In this document: one piece after another, positions 47,165 through 58,432 of the stretch
Position numbering within the stretch: position 1 is the stretch's first letter
Layout of the letters: every line of letters begins with the position of its first letter
Assembly (NCBI GenBank): GCA_041650835.1
Contig: JBAZKL010000004.1
Location: forward strand, 102,900-166,899
Reading direction: 5' to 3'
Source of the DNA: Candidatus Omnitrophota bacterium
GTDB taxonomy: Bacteria > Omnitrophota > Gorgyraeia > Gygaellales > Profunditerraquicolaceae
Length of the DNA stretch: 64,000 nt
Notes under the pieces: generated by a model
Database searches by the model: none
The model's input: only the letters and a program-made list of their open reading frames with translations
Told to the model about the DNA's origin: nothing
Translations under genes and position numbers: made by a program

Positions 47165-50100
47165 TCACACTAACCGGTTGCTCCAGGCAACAAGCGTATC
47201 TTTAAGCTGGTTTATATTGATCGGCTTGGTAATAAAATCATTCATTCCGGCCTGAAGCGCTTTATCTTTATCTTCTTTCATCGCCGCGGCGGTCAACGCG
47301 ATGATCGGGATATTTTTATTGATCTGCTTACGGATAATTTCCGTCGCCTCTATCCCTCCCATAACCGGCATCTGGATATCCATGAGCACCATATCAAATG
47401 TTTCCCGCGTAAGCTTTTCAATCACCTCTTTACCGTGATTAGAAACTCCCACGCGGCAGCCGAATTTCTCAAGTATGGTCGTAATGAGCTTTAAATTTAC
47501 TATATTGTCCTCGGCTACCAGCACGCGCAGGTCTTTTAAGGTCAATTCTTCCGCGTCGTGGCGCGTAATGATCTCCCTGACTTTACGTTTATCGCCGAAA
47601 ATAGCCTGAATGATGCGCACGAAATCCCTTTTGATTATCGGCTTAATAGCGTAAGCGTCAAAACCGCATTCTTGAGATAACCGCGAAGTGCCCGGGATGA
47701 CCTCGCTTGTCGCCGCGATCAACTTGATAGGGTCAAAACGGGCGTTCTTGCGGATTTCTTTCGCGAAGGTATAACCATCCATGACCGGCATCCGTATATC
47801 GGAAATAATAACATCGGGCAACGCTTCCTCCTGCCGCCCCAACCAATCCAATGCCTCAGGAGCACCTGATGCGCGAAAAACCACCTGCATCAATTGCTCC
47901 TGGCAAAAAGACGCGATAATATAACGCGAATGCTCATTATCATCGACAATCGCCACTTTCTTACCCCGCAATGTTTCAAGAGGCACCAGCGCGATCTCTT
48001 TCCTATTAATATCGGGAGCGATCCGTAACGATAAGGTAAAGATAAACTCGCTTCCCTTTCCCGGCTCAGATTCCACCCAGACCTTGCCTCCCATCAATCC
48101 CACAAGATTCCTGCATATATACAACCCAAGGCCGGTCCCCCCGTATTTACGCGTCGTCGAACTGTCTGCTTGAGTAAAGGCGTCAAAGATATCCGCCTGT
48201 TTTTCTTTTGGTATGCCGATACCGGTATCTTTCACCGAGACCCTTATCGAAAAGAAATCAGGGTTTCTCCCCGCAAAGGAATCATCCGGCTTTACGTAAA
48301 CAGTTATCTCTCCGGTCTCGGTAAATTTTATAGAATTACCCAAAAGATTAAGGATGATCTGCCGGATACGGGTCGGATCGCCTTTAAATCCTACCGGGAC
48401 ACGCTCATCAAAATTATAAAACAGCTCAAGCTCTTTGCCCTTCAATTTCGAACTTACGATGCGGATGACATTTTCTACCAGGTTCATCAAGTTGAACTCA
48501 ACTGATTCCAGCTTAACCTCACCTGCCTCGATCTTAGAGATATCCAGGATATCGTTAATAAGCGTCAAGAGCACTGAACCGCTTTCATGGATAGTCGTCA
48601 AATAATCCAACTGCATATCATCTAATATCGTACCCTTTAACAATTCAGAGAACCCGATGACGGCGTTCAAAGGAGTGCGGATCTCATGGGACATATTGGC
48701 TAAGAATTCGCTTTTTGCTTTAGAAAAACTCTCCGCCATGACCTTAAGGGCGAGCGCTTTCTCACGCTGTTCGGTAATATCATCCATGATATTCATAAGA
48801 GCCCGCTTGGAATTTTCCAGCTCTTTTTTCTGAACGCGTAATTCTTCCGTCTGTCTCAAAAGCTCTAATTCCGCTTTTTTACGCTCGGAGGCTTCCAAGG
48901 TGAGAGCGATCGTATCGACTACCGAAGCCGCGAAGTTCTGCTCTTCCAACGACCAGGCTTTCAAGGTATCCGCTTGTTCGATGGACAAAACGCCTTTGAG
49001 TATGCCGCGCAGGCGTATCGGGACATCAAGCAGCGAAACGATACGGCAGGGCAATAAACATTTTACGACCAACTCCGCCGTACGATGGTCATTACTGACA
49101 TCATTCACGGCAATGATACGGTTTACTTTGAGGGATTCAAAATACGACGGATAATCTTTAACAGGGCGCTCATCTTTTTTCTCATGCGCCTGGCGAGGGC
49201 GCGAATAAAAATCCACGCAGGCAAGCGACGTTTGATCCTGGTCGAACAGCCAGATACCCGCCCCCGAAACTTCTAAAGTATCTGCGACAGCCGCGGTTAT
49301 CTGCACGAGAGCATTCGTCTGGTCATTAAACTCGCTTCGCGCTAATTGCAGCAAAACTGACTGAAAGCCGATAACCCGCTCAATGCGGTGGCGTTCAGCC
49401 TGCTCGAGCGATTTACGTTCAGCGACTTCCTTATCGAGATTACGGATAGGGGTCAATGTCTTGCTCAAAGACAGCGCCATTTTATTGACATAATCCGCGA
49501 GCAGCTCAATTTCATCTCCCGACTTTATTTCGATCTGGTGGTCAAAGTTGCCGTCTGAAATATGCTGGACCGCGTCATAAAATTTTTTTATCGGCCGGAC
49601 AATACTCTCCGCGAAAATAAAACTGACCGGTATGGATACGATCATTAAAAGCAGCGCGATAAAAACCATCTGCAAGATCAATTTCCGCAAGACCTGAAAT
49701 TCCTGGCGGGCGTCTTCCTTGATCACTACCCCCCAGAACTGGCCGTTTGCCAGAAGATAAAGGTTATCGATCTCCGCGTACGCCAGGTACGTCTTACTAC
49801 TCGCTTTTGTGCGCTCCAGGATAATGCATTTCTTTCTGGCGTTAACCAGGCGTTTGAAATCAGCGGTATCGGCGATCATTTTACGATTGAGCTCGGCGTT
49901 ATGGCTGAAGATAACTTCACCGCTGCGGTCCACCAGTGAGGAGTACCTGACCTGGCTTATATTCACATTGCTTATAGAAGTCAGTAATTCACTCGCGCTG
50001 ATCTCCGCCTTGCCGATACCGATCACTTTGTTTGACTCATCAACGATCGGGATAGCGAAAGATATTATCCATTCAAGAGAGAATTGATCGAATTTGATCT

Positions 50101-50707
50101 GGCTGATAAAAACCCTGCCGGCGCCATTGTTATATGCTTTCTGCCACCATTCCTTATTTCCCTGGTAATAATCTATCGACGACCGCGAAGAAAGGATCAA
50201 TCCGCCGAACTGATCGGTTATCGATATCCTTTTCACATCGGCTACCGGCTGGATCAAATTATTCGAACGAGCGCGCCCTTCAATTTCCTCGTATCGCTTG
50301 ACCATAGGGTCATAGCCTTGCAATGTTACCCACGTCCTATTAAGCTCCGCGAAAAGCCTTTCCCGGTCAACGGCGTCCAATGACCCTTCCAGGCGGTTAT
50401 ATTCTTTAATTTCATCCGTCCAAACTCTTGATTGAAAATATATTTTTAAAGCGTTTATACGATTATCGAGGGCATGGGTCACCGACTCAGAAAGTAAATT
50501 CGCCATTTTCGCCCGGTCATCCTGTATCGTATTCTGCAGGAAAAGAAAGCCCCAGAAATAACAGACCAAGAGCGCCAGGACCATCACGACCAGTATTACG
50601 GCAGTCATCAGGAAAGTGACCTTGAACCGTATTCCTCTTTTATATTGCTTTTTCTGCATCATGCGCCTCTTTTGGCCCGCACGTGTAAACGCCTTTTTCC
50701 GCTTCAA
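47165..50707 (-). CDS. Hybrid sensor histidine kinase (periplasmic sensor, HAMP, GAF, HisKA, HATPase_c, two receiver domains)
   Basis: H-box MSHEIRTPLNAVIGF, G-box GTGLGLYICRNLV, two REC domains with DD...D...K patterns. 1180 aa. The start may be the internal MTAVILV at 50608. Confidence 0.85.
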   Translation of the reverse strand: MKRKKAFTRAGQKRRMMQKKQYKRGIRFKVTFLMTAVILVVMVLALLVCYFWGFLFLQNTIQDDRAKMANLLSESVTHALDNRINALKIYFQSRVWTDEIKEYNRLEGSLDAVDRERLFAELNRTWVTLQGYDPMVKRYEEIEGRARSNNLIQPVADVKRISITDQFGGLILSSRSSIDYYQGNKEWWQKAYNNGAGRVFISQIKFDQFSLEWIISFAIPIVDESNKVIGIGKAEISASELLTSISNVNISQVRYSSLVDRSGEVIFSHNAELNRKMIADTADFKRLVNARKKCIILERTKASSKTYLAYAEIDNLYLLANGQFWGVVIKEDARQEFQVLRKLILQMVFIALLLMIVSIPVSFIFAESIVRPIKKFYDAVQHISDGNFDHQIEIKSGDEIELLADYVNKMALSLSKTLTPIRNLDKEVAERKSLEQAERHRIERVIGFQSVLLQLARSEFNDQTNALVQITAAVADTLEVSGAGIWLFDQDQTSLACVDFYSRPRQAHEKKDERPVKDYPSYFESLKVNRIIAVNDVSNDHRTAELVVKCLLPCRIVSLLDVPIRLRGILKGVLSIEQADTLKAWSLEEQNFAASVVDTIALTLEASERKKAELELLRQTEELRVQKKELENSKRALMNIMDDITEQREKALALKVMAESFSKAKSEFLANMSHEIRTPLNAVIGFSELLKGTILDDMQLDYLTTIHESGSVLLTLINDILDISKIEAGEVKLESVEFNLMNLVENVIRIVSSKLKGKELELFYNFDERVPVGFKGDPTRIRQIILNLLGNSIKFTETGEITVYVKPDDSFAGRNPDFFSIRVSVKDTGIGIPKEKQADIFDAFTQADSSTTRKYGGTGLGLYICRNLVGLMGGKVWVESEPGKGSEFIFTLSLRIAPDINRKEIALVPLETLRGKKVAIVDDNEHSRYIIASFCQEQLMQVVFRASGAPEALDWLGRQEEALPDVIISDIRMPVMDGYTFAKEIRKNARFDPIKLIAATSEVIPGTSRLSQECGFDAYAIKPIIKRDFVRIIQAIFGDKRKVREIITRHDAEELTLKDLRVLVAEDNIVNLKLITTILEKFGCRVGVSNHGKEVIEKLTRETFDMVLMDIQMPVMGGIEATEIIRKQINKNIPIIALTAAAMKEDKDKALQAGMNDFITKPININQLKDTLVAWSNRLV

Positions 50708-52289
50708 GGCTTTTTATCTTCGATTTCAATTCGATCATTCTTAATTCCCGGTCAATCGCGAATTTATTGAATTTTTCCAGGTCGATCATTTTTTCTTTGA
50801 GTTCTTCTTCCATCCGTTTTTGCTCGGTAATATCTTCCCCTGAACTTATCGAGGCGATAATATCGCCATCATCATTGCGCAGTTCATTGCTATACCATGA
50901 GATGGTCCGCGTTACGCCCGTTTTAGTCATGACCTTATTCTTAAAACTACCGGAGTTTGTTGTTTCTCCCGACATGATCCTGAAAAAAACACCCTTGACT
51001 TCCTCCCGGGAATCATCGGGAATGAACGTCTCAAACCAGTTTTTCCCAATGATCTCTTTCTGAGAAAAACCAAGGACTTCGCACCCTTTTTTGTTGATCA
51101 AGTTTACCGTTTGATCGCGGTTTATGATAATAATTATGGTCGCGGCGATATCGAGATAGTTCTGGGCCTTATCGCGTTCCCTCAACAGCGCGACCTGTTC
51201 ATTTTTCAATATATACTGGGATTCATTTAATTTTCTATTCAAGCCCGCCATATGGGTAATAACAGAGCTCATGACTGCCAGGAGCATGAATACCATCACT
51301 ATCCAGAGCCAGTACGTTTTTAACACATCCCGTAAAGCGACCTTCCCGATATCTTTATACAAACCGACTCTTAATTCCTTCATGCATTCATGGACAGGCT
51401 GGTAATTCGAAGGGACGGTCCAGCCCACGTATTTTCCTGTTACAGCCGCGATATCATCCGGTTTTATGGAAAGCAGCGTCCGGGAGACATACTCGGCTAC
51501 CTCGGCGGGGGCGTGCTTTAACTTCGCGAAAGGCCATTCAGGGTACAAAACGGCGCTGTGGAAGAACGGCACATCCTCGCGATCAGCGTTCATTCCCTTT
51601 TTTCCTAAGATCCGGACTTTCTTGATATCGATCTTTCCTTCGGCTGCCATACGCTCGAGTATCGTTGTATTGACGCTTCCGGCGTCGGCTCTGCCGTTTA
51701 ACACGGCATATACAACTTCGTCATCCGTCCCTCCAAAACTCAGCGATTTAAAATCAGAAAAGGGATTGATCTTATGGGCTTTAAGTTCACGCCACGCGGC
51801 AAGCCAGCCGCCCAGAGAATCCTCATGTACCGCCATGAACCTCTTATGCTTAAGGTCGCTGATATTTCGAATGCTTTTCTTTCCCGCGCCGGTAAAGATC
51901 ACGCTGCTTAACACCGAATACCCTTTATGCAAATACCGGTTTTTCAGTGTCGCGATGCGCTGAGCGCCGTAAAAACCTTCAAGCTCTACGTACACGGCGG
52001 GGTCAGTGATAATAAAATCGATCTGGCGCTGAAGCACCGCCACGACTATTTGACTAAGATCAAGCGGCACAATAATAAAAGAGCTGCCGCTTCCTCTATC
52101 AGTCAGGTCTTGCGCGGTGTTCTGCCATTGCTTAAAACAAGCGTCTTTGCCGCGTGTCGCTAAAACGCCGATCTTATATTGGGCGCCGTTCTTTCTGCCG
52201 TCAACCTGCGAGAAAACCTGCGGTATGAGCAGGCACATGCAGATACTCAATACCAGGCCGGTTATCACCATTTGTTTTCGACTCTTCAT
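50640..52289 (-). CDS. Membrane-tethered sensor with a PhnD/SsuA-like periplasmic binding domain, a TM helix and a cytoplasmic PAS domain, with no output domain
   Basis: N-terminal signal plus a PBP-like domain (YKIGVLATRG...DFIITDP...), one TM near residue 330, then PAS (..NKKGCEVLGFSQKEIIGKNWFETFIPDD..) and a coiled coil. Confidence 0.6.
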   Translation of the reverse strand: MKSRKQMVITGLVLSICMCLLIPQVFSQVDGRKNGAQYKIGVLATRGKDACFKQWQNTAQDLTDRGSGSSFIIVPLDLSQIVVAVLQRQIDFIITDPAVYVELEGFYGAQRIATLKNRYLHKGYSVLSSVIFTGAGKKSIRNISDLKHKRFMAVHEDSLGGWLAAWRELKAHKINPFSDFKSLSFGGTDDEVVYAVLNGRADAGSVNTTILERMAAEGKIDIKKVRILGKKGMNADREDVPFFHSAVLYPEWPFAKLKHAPAEVAEYVSRTLLSIKPDDIAAVTGKYVGWTVPSNYQPVHECMKELRVGLYKDIGKVALRDVLKTYWLWIVMVFMLLAVMSSVITHMAGLNRKLNESQYILKNEQVALLRERDKAQNYLDIAATIIIIINRDQTVNLINKKGCEVLGFSQKEIIGKNWFETFIPDDSREEVKGVFFRIMSGETTNSGSFKNKVMTKTGVTRTISWYSNELRNDDGDIIASISSGEDITEQKRMEEELKEKMIDLEKFNKFAIDRELRMIELKSKIKSLEAEKGVYTCGPKEAHDAEKAI

Positions 52290-52582
52290 AACGTATCCTT
52301 ATGTTTAAAGCATTACCCGGAACATTTCCTCCAGATAATTATTTTATCGGCATTTCCGACGATTTCTTTAAAAGAAAAACCATGATTAATTTCAACAAAC
52401 CTATAAAAAATACTTTTTAGATATTTCAGGCAATATCCCTGAGAAAACAAAAAACCGTCTTTTAAAATAAGACGGTTTTAATAGGCACATTCCCCGGAGG
52501 GATATCTTTCTTCCACATCTAAAAGTTGCTGTGAACAAAAGGCTTACATCCCTGCTATTTTAGATCACACAGCAAGCGCCCC

Positions 52583-55150
52583 TTATGAATTCATCAATTC
52601 AATCTTATGTTTGCATGAAATAAATTTAACCAGCTCAAACCACATGACGCTCAATATACCCGCGGTGAGCGCGATAAAGATGTCATTAACATGCAATATT
52701 TCAAAATGAAACGATTTTCTAAAAAAAGGGACATAGACAACTAACCACAAAAATAGCGCCGCGCCCGAGCTGACCCAAAGTAACGCTTTGTTTTTAACCA
52801 TTAAAGAAGCAATAATGCTTCTTGACCATGAGCGATTCGTAAGAATAAGGCAAAGATTCGAAACGATCAAAGTGACAAACGCCAGGGTACGCGCCGCGCC
52901 GGCCGTTTCTCCAAGCCACAGGCTCACTTGGAATACCAGGGCCACAACAACCAGGGAAAAAAGCCCCTGCAAGAAACTTAAGGTAAACAGCCTTTTACTG
53001 AATAATGAACTTGCTTTTTTGCGCGGAAGCCTGCGCATAATATCTTTTTCTTCTTCTTCCGATTCGAAAACAACAGAACACGCGGGGTCAATAATAAGCT
53101 CAAGGAAGACAATGTGGACAGGATAAAGAATAAGCGGCCAGCCGGCAAGCACCGGGATCAGGGAGATCCCGGCTATAGGGACATGGACACTGATAATATA
53201 CGCCATGGCTTTTTTTAAATTATCGAAAATGCGCCTGCCCAGGCGCACCGCCTCAACAATAGAGGAAAAATCATCTTTCAAAAGGACCAGGTCGGAAGAC
53301 TCGCGGGCGACATCCGTCCCCCGCTCCCCCATTGCCACGCCGATATGCGCCGATTTCAATGCAGGCGCGTCATTAACGCCGTCTCCCGTCATGGCGACCA
53401 CCTCATTATTTTCTTTAAGCGCCTCAATGATCAATAATTTCTGTTCCGGGATAACGCGCGAGAAAATATTGACCAGAGAGATGCGCTTTTTAAGTTCTTC
53501 GCGGCTCAAAAGCGCCAGGTCCTCGCCCGTGATCACGGAATCATAATTTTTAAGGCCGATCTGCTTGGCGATATTCTGCGCGGTCGCAGGATAATCTCCC
53601 GTGATCATGACCACCCGTATTCCTGCCCGATAACATTCCTGTATTGCCAAAGGCACCGCCGGGCGGATAGGATCGGCTAAACCGATGAGGCCGAGGAAAG
53701 TGAAATTAAAATCATGCTGTGAAACGGGAAGCTTTCCCTTATCGACGAAAGCCTTGGCAACGCCTAAAACGCGCAGGCCTTCACGAGCCATTTCCTGGAC
53801 CTTGTCGAAAAGCGACTGCCGCTGATTTTCACTCAAATGGCATAGATCAGCGATCGCCTCCGGCGCTCCTTTTGCGGAAACCACAAACCCGCTGCCATCG
53901 AGCGTTTTCCAGACGTGAGACAATGCCATGATCTTCTGAGAAAGCGGGTATTCTTCGATCAACGGCCAGTTCTCATGTATATGTTCGGTATTATATAACG
54001 TCTGGTAACCCAGGTCTTTCAATGCTTTATCCATAGGGTCAAAAGGGTCTTTCTTACTGGCAAGGATACCATATTCCATTACCTCATGGAAATCATCGGC
54101 AAGGCAGGAATCCACTCCCGAAGCTACATCGCAAAACCGCTTGCCGTTAAACAACTTTTTTACCGACATCTTATTTTGCGTCAGGGTCCCTGTTTTATCG
54201 ACGCACAAAACAGTCGCTGAACCAAGCGTTTCAACCGCTGAAACTTTACGCGTTAAAACATCTTTCTTGGAGATCCGCCAGGCGCCTAACGCCAGAAAGA
54301 TCGTAAGCACCACGGGAAATTCTTCAGGAAGCATAGCCATTGCCAGCGTGATCCCGGACAAGACCCCGTTAAGCCACTGCCCCTTGCTGAAACCATATAC
54401 CAGGACGACCATGCAGCAAAGAATGACCGCGATGAAAAAGATTATTTTGACCAATTTCCCGGTTTCTTTCTGCAACTGCGTCGATTCATTCCCGATCGAA
54501 TTAAGGACCCGGCCGATCTTGCCCATCTCGGTATTATTGCCTATCGCGATGACCCGCGCAATACCCTGGCCATGGACGACGAGGCTTCCCGAATAAAGAC
54601 ACGGCAGATCGTCCCCACCCGGACGATGACGAATTGGATCCGTTACCTGAGCCGGCAATTTCCGCACCGGCACCGATTCTCCTGTCAACAAAGATTCATC
54701 AACTGACAAATTGATCCCCCATAACAATACGGCATCGGCCGGTACCCTGTCCCCCTCTTGCACGACGAGGATATCATCGTTCACCACTTCCTTCCCGGGG
54801 ATCCTTTTATGCGTCCCGTCGCGGATGACCAACGCGCGAGGGCTGGAGAGATCACGCAGCGCTTCTATCGCTTTTTCAGTTTTTCCTTCCTGGTAAATAG
54901 TAATACCCATAATGACAAAAACAAAACCCAAAAGCAAAGACGCCTCTCCCCTATCCCCTAACACCAGGTAAATCGCCCCGCAGGCGACTAAAAGAAGGAA
55001 CATCGGCTCTTTCAAGACTTCAATAACGATCTTTAAAACACACCGCCGTTTAGCTAAAAGCAGTTCATTATACCCATCGCGCTTAAGCCGCGCGCAGGCT
55101 TCAAACGCGGAAAGGCCTTTTAAATTACGTAAATCAGCATCTGAAAGCAT
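52583..55150 (-). CDS. P-type ATPase, P2-type cation (Ca2+/Mg2+-like) transporter
   Basis: [23 protein letters not shown]. 855 aa. Confidence 0.85.
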   Translation of the reverse strand: MLSDADLRNLKGLSAFEACARLKRDGYNELLLAKRRCVLKIVIEVLKEPMFLLLVACGAIYLVLGDRGEASLLLGFVFVIMGITIYQEGKTEKAIEALRDLSSPRALVIRDGTHKRIPGKEVVNDDILVVQEGDRVPADAVLLWGINLSVDESLLTGESVPVRKLPAQVTDPIRHRPGGDDLPCLYSGSLVVHGQGIARVIAIGNNTEMGKIGRVLNSIGNESTQLQKETGKLVKIIFFIAVILCCMVVLVYGFSKGQWLNGVLSGITLAMAMLPEEFPVVLTIFLALGAWRISKKDVLTRKVSAVETLGSATVLCVDKTGTLTQNKMSVKKLFNGKRFCDVASGVDSCLADDFHEVMEYGILASKKDPFDPMDKALKDLGYQTLYNTEHIHENWPLIEEYPLSQKIMALSHVWKTLDGSGFVVSAKGAPEAIADLCHLSENQRQSLFDKVQEMAREGLRVLGVAKAFVDKGKLPVSQHDFNFTFLGLIGLADPIRPAVPLAIQECYRAGIRVVMITGDYPATAQNIAKQIGLKNYDSVITGEDLALLSREELKKRISLVNIFSRVIPEQKLLIIEALKENNEVVAMTGDGVNDAPALKSAHIGVAMGERGTDVARESSDLVLLKDDFSSIVEAVRLGRRIFDNLKKAMAYIISVHVPIAGISLIPVLAGWPLILYPVHIVFLELIIDPACSVVFESEEEEKDIMRRLPRKKASSLFSKRLFTLSFLQGLFSLVVVALVFQVSLWLGETAGAARTLAFVTLIVSNLCLILTNRSWSRSIIASLMVKNKALLWVSSGAALFLWLVVYVPFFRKSFHFEILHVNDIFIALTAGILSVMWFELVKFISCKHKIELMNS

Positions 55151-55541
55151 TTGGACATTCTCCTTAAGCAGAAACTCACCCGTAAGAGCTACGCAGGCCC
55201 CGGCTTGTTTAAAAAGATCCTGAACATAGTCCCGCTTTTCCTGTTCACTTCAGATTCCCCCAACTCACCGCGCGAGTGTGGCGACTAAGCCGTAAAAAAG
55301 GTAAATATGATCCAACGGGGTGATAAAAAGATCCTTCATAAATTTGAATTTTCTGTTGATATAGGAAAAAACGCAATCAACGCTGGAAGATGAGATCGCG
55401 TTCAGGCAAGGGTATTAAGGTTTCGTATAATGTTCAGGGCAAATCTTACAAGGCTTTGCCCGGGAACAGCTTACTCTCGTTATTATACCAAGACAGGTTA
55501 AAATTAAAAGGTTTATTTAAGGATAAAGAACGGCTGGCCCC

Positions 55542-56888
55542 CTAAAAATCGATCTGGCCGCGCAGGCCGCCGACGATCAATGTGTCATCTCCTCTTGAGG
55601 CGTCCTTTCCAAATGGCTGCCATATGACCTGGACATCAGGGCTCAAGCTTAAATGGTCATTGACCTTAAGATTATAGTAACATTCCAGGTGGCTTTCTGC
55701 CCGCGCCAAAACACTATTGGATCTTTTGTACTGCTTTGACGGTATAACCTGGCCAAAACCTATGCCAAGGACATCTGCGGCCCTTCCCCATAAAACACCC
55801 TTAAGCTGCGGGCCGATACTCCAGGACTGAGAAAGCGAGAAGCTATCGCCGTTCAAATATACCTTCGGGTCCTGCCAACCGTAACGGGCAAACAGCCCGA
55901 GATTATCGGTTAATTCCTGGTCCATGCTTGAGCCGAAGCCAAAGCTGTTTTCTTTATCTTTTGCCGCATCGGACCATTTTGTGTGATTTGCGCCGTTATT
56001 CCAGGCATACAGGCGGTAATTGCCTTCCCTGTTCAACAGCTTCGGCTTAATATTGACCTGCCCGGAAATAAACAAAGAATCGAAAGTATCCTCCCAGTCG
56101 CCATCGGCGTCAAGGGCTACAAGATTTATATCGAACAGGTCTATCGGAGACATCCCGAAATGTATCCCGGCAGCGTTGGAAGGGAATTCAATGACCGGAG
56201 AATTACCGAACATTCTTCCTATAAATTGCGTAGTTTCACTGTTGGCATAATTATTCATGTCAATATACCTGGTAGCATCGATCTTGCCGAATCCCAAAGC
56301 TCCGGAGAAAGGTTTAAAATAATGCTCATACCAGGCTTCAGCTAAACGCACATTCTGGTCATTATCAACGTCATAATTAACGTTGCTGAAAACTTTCAGC
56401 TCATCCTCGATACCGGCTCCCTGCCCGGCAGTAATATACACATAGGCTTCGCCGTAATCTTCGAATTTCTTGTTTAACGCTATATCAACCGATATGGTTG
56501 AATCAGTTACGCTTTCTTTTTCAGAAAGCTGATCATCGCCGTTGGCGTGATCGACGCCCTGGGTGATGGTCGTGGCGCCGACGCTCAAAGACAAGCCGTC
56601 CATCAGACGGTAAGCCGGAGCAGTAACTGAAAGCCTCTCATCAATACGCCTGTCGATCTCGGATACCGGGACAGCCTCTCTCGGAAAAACAGGAGCAGCA
56701 TTTACCTTTTTCTCGAGCTGCTCGATCCTCACCTGTTGCTGCCGGACGATATTCTTTAATTCCTGTATCTGCTTAAGCATTTCTTCATCGCTCTGCGCGC
56801 CTTCCGCAAAAGAGCTCACCCAGGATAATAAAAGAATCCCGGATACGATACCTATCCGCCCCCGGCACCATTTTATCCAGATCTTCAC
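55542..56888 (-). CDS. Outer-membrane beta-barrel porin (OprB/carbohydrate-selective-like) with an N-terminal coiled-coil
   Basis: Signal peptide, coiled-coil LKQIQELKNIVRQQQVRIEQLEKK, alternating beta-strand pattern, C-terminal ...GQIDF aromatic terminus. Confidence 0.45.
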   Translation of the reverse strand: MKIWIKWCRGRIGIVSGILLLSWVSSFAEGAQSDEEMLKQIQELKNIVRQQQVRIEQLEKKVNAAPVFPREAVPVSEIDRRIDERLSVTAPAYRLMDGLSLSVGATTITQGVDHANGDDQLSEKESVTDSTISVDIALNKKFEDYGEAYVYITAGQGAGIEDELKVFSNVNYDVDNDQNVRLAEAWYEHYFKPFSGALGFGKIDATRYIDMNNYANSETTQFIGRMFGNSPVIEFPSNAAGIHFGMSPIDLFDINLVALDADGDWEDTFDSLFISGQVNIKPKLLNREGNYRLYAWNNGANHTKWSDAAKDKENSFGFGSSMDQELTDNLGLFARYGWQDPKVYLNGDSFSLSQSWSIGPQLKGVLWGRAADVLGIGFGQVIPSKQYKRSNSVLARAESHLECYYNLKVNDHLSLSPDVQVIWQPFGKDASRGDDTLIVGGLRGQIDF

Positions 56889-56967
56889 TTAATCCTCCTT
56901 TGAATAATAACCTGCTTCTCACTTTATCGGCAAACAGGGGTATTCTTAAACAATATTTATCCTTTGG

Positions 56968-57348
56968 TTACGGTGACATCCTTTTCTTCCGGCTCTTCTT
57001 TACTTCGGGCTTAAGATCGATGGATTCCACAAAGAATTCCTTATCCATAGCGATAGTAACATCCGCGCTGCCGCAAGACGGGCAACCAAAGGTTTTTCTT
57101 ACGATCATTGCCTTACGATCACAGCTATTACATACGAGAGGGAGCTTTAACGCCAGGACATTAAGCGATGCCCCTTTAAACTTTGTCCCAATAGATAATT
57201 CTTTAAAAGCCGCTTTCAAGTTCCCCGCGGAAACATGGCTCAATGGGCTTAACCGGACATTGACCGTAACCTGGGCCAAAGGCGCTTTCTTGTTCGACGC
57301 TTCTTCCAGCGCCGTGAATATTTGCTGAATGAACCTTGTTTCGTGCAT
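56968..57348 (-). CDS. hypA: Hydrogenase nickel-insertion protein HypA (full length, with zinc site)
   Basis: MHE N-terminus and CNSC...CPSC zinc ribbon. 126 aa. Confidence 0.8.
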   Translation of the reverse strand: MHETRFIQQIFTALEEASNKKAPLAQVTVNVRLSPLSHVSAGNLKAAFKELSIGTKFKGASLNVLALKLPLVCNSCDRKAMIVRKTFGCPSCGSADVTIAMDKEFFVESIDLKPEVKKSRKKRMSP

Positions 57349-57382
57349 AAGAGCCTCTCGTTAATTTAACTGAAATTTATAG

Positions 57383-57416
57383 TTATCCACAACCGTAGCC
57401 CGTAGTTTATACCCGG
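57383..57416. repeat. 35-bp conserved intergenic element, copy 3 (ttatccacaaccgtagcccgtagtttatacccgg)
   Basis: Contains the exact sequence TTATCCACA. Lies 35 bp upstream of the hypA start. Confidence 0.6.
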
Positions 57417-57417
57417 C

Positions 57418-58386
57418 TTATTCCCTCGCGTGCCTTGCGAAAAAATCCCAGATCACCTCATTGGCGTCAATATCCCTGCTGGTTTTCCCGACGAGCCTTT
57501 CGCCGAGATATTGATGGCCATTCGGCCAGGTATGCCCGCCTCCTTCAACAGCATAAAGGATCACTTCTGCCGAATCCTTACCGTTGCCATATGCTTCTTT
57601 TCTTATCCGCGTGCCGTCATACGGGTCACGGTCAGGCGCCTCTGTGATAACCGCCGTCGGGGAACACTTATTATGCTCTACCCAAAACCTGATAGTCTCG
57701 GCTGTCGGCAGTACTTTTCCCAACTTCTTCATCCCGAAAGGGCCGGTAATATCCTCACCCGCCCAGGGCATCAAAGGATCATTGACGTTATTGATAGCTA
57801 ATACCGAGACCGGCATTGACGGCAAACAGGCGGGGCATAAATTTTGAGGGATATTGCCGGTAACAGGAGCGATCGCGGTTATCTTTTCAGATAACTGGCA
57901 AGCAAGGCGGTAAGACATCATTGCCCCGTTTGACATTCCCGTGGCATAAACCCGTTTTGGGTCGGCATTAAATTCTTCAATTAACCGGCCGATCAATGCC
58001 GCGATGAACCCGACATCGTCTATATCCTCCCGATGCGCCCGGTATCCTGTTTCCCGGGGGCGCCTGCCGTCATTCCAATTCTTTTCTATCCCGTCGGGAT
58101 AGGCGACGATAAAGCCGAATTTATCCGCCAGCGCGTTAAACCCGCCGCGGGTAAGTTTGATCATATGCCTGCCGCTGCCCCCACCTCCGTGTAACGCGAT
58201 CACAAGCGGCATTGATTTAGTTTTATCATAGGAAGGCGGGATATAAATAAGATAGGTGCGTTTAAGCCCCGCGAAAATTATTGCTCCGGGAAACGTCTTA
58301 GCAGAAGCACTCACGGCAAAAGCGCTCACAAAAAAACAGGTTAAAACGCATAAAACAAGGGCCGCTCTTTTTTTGGCCTTCCCCAT
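57418..58386 (-). CDS. Secreted alpha/beta-hydrolase esterase (PHB-depolymerase/LpqC-like family)
   Basis: Signal peptide, LHGGGGSG oxyanion region, GMSNGA nucleophile elbow. Confidence 0.55.
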   Translation of the reverse strand: MGKAKKRAALVLCVLTCFFVSAFAVSASAKTFPGAIIFAGLKRTYLIYIPPSYDKTKSMPLVIALHGGGGSGRHMIKLTRGGFNALADKFGFIVAYPDGIEKNWNDGRRPRETGYRAHREDIDDVGFIAALIGRLIEEFNADPKRVYATGMSNGAMMSYRLACQLSEKITAIAPVTGNIPQNLCPACLPSMPVSVLAINNVNDPLMPWAGEDITGPFGMKKLGKVLPTAETIRFWVEHNKCSPTAVITEAPDRDPYDGTRIRKEAYGNGKDSAEVILYAVEGGGHTWPNGHQYLGERLVGKTSRDIDANEVIWDFFARHARE

Positions 58387-58432
58387 TGATCATCTCCGCA
58401 GTTTAGGTGGCACGCAAAAAACAACCTTCAGA

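Noticed and set aside
27561-57416. The three TTATCCACA-containing elements as an origin of replication (oriC)
   Set aside because: Copies are dispersed at three loci 4-26 kb apart, each a single box within a longer conserved 35-bp element. No dnaA or dnaN and no AT-rich DUE cluster. More consistent with a regulatory or mobile repeat.
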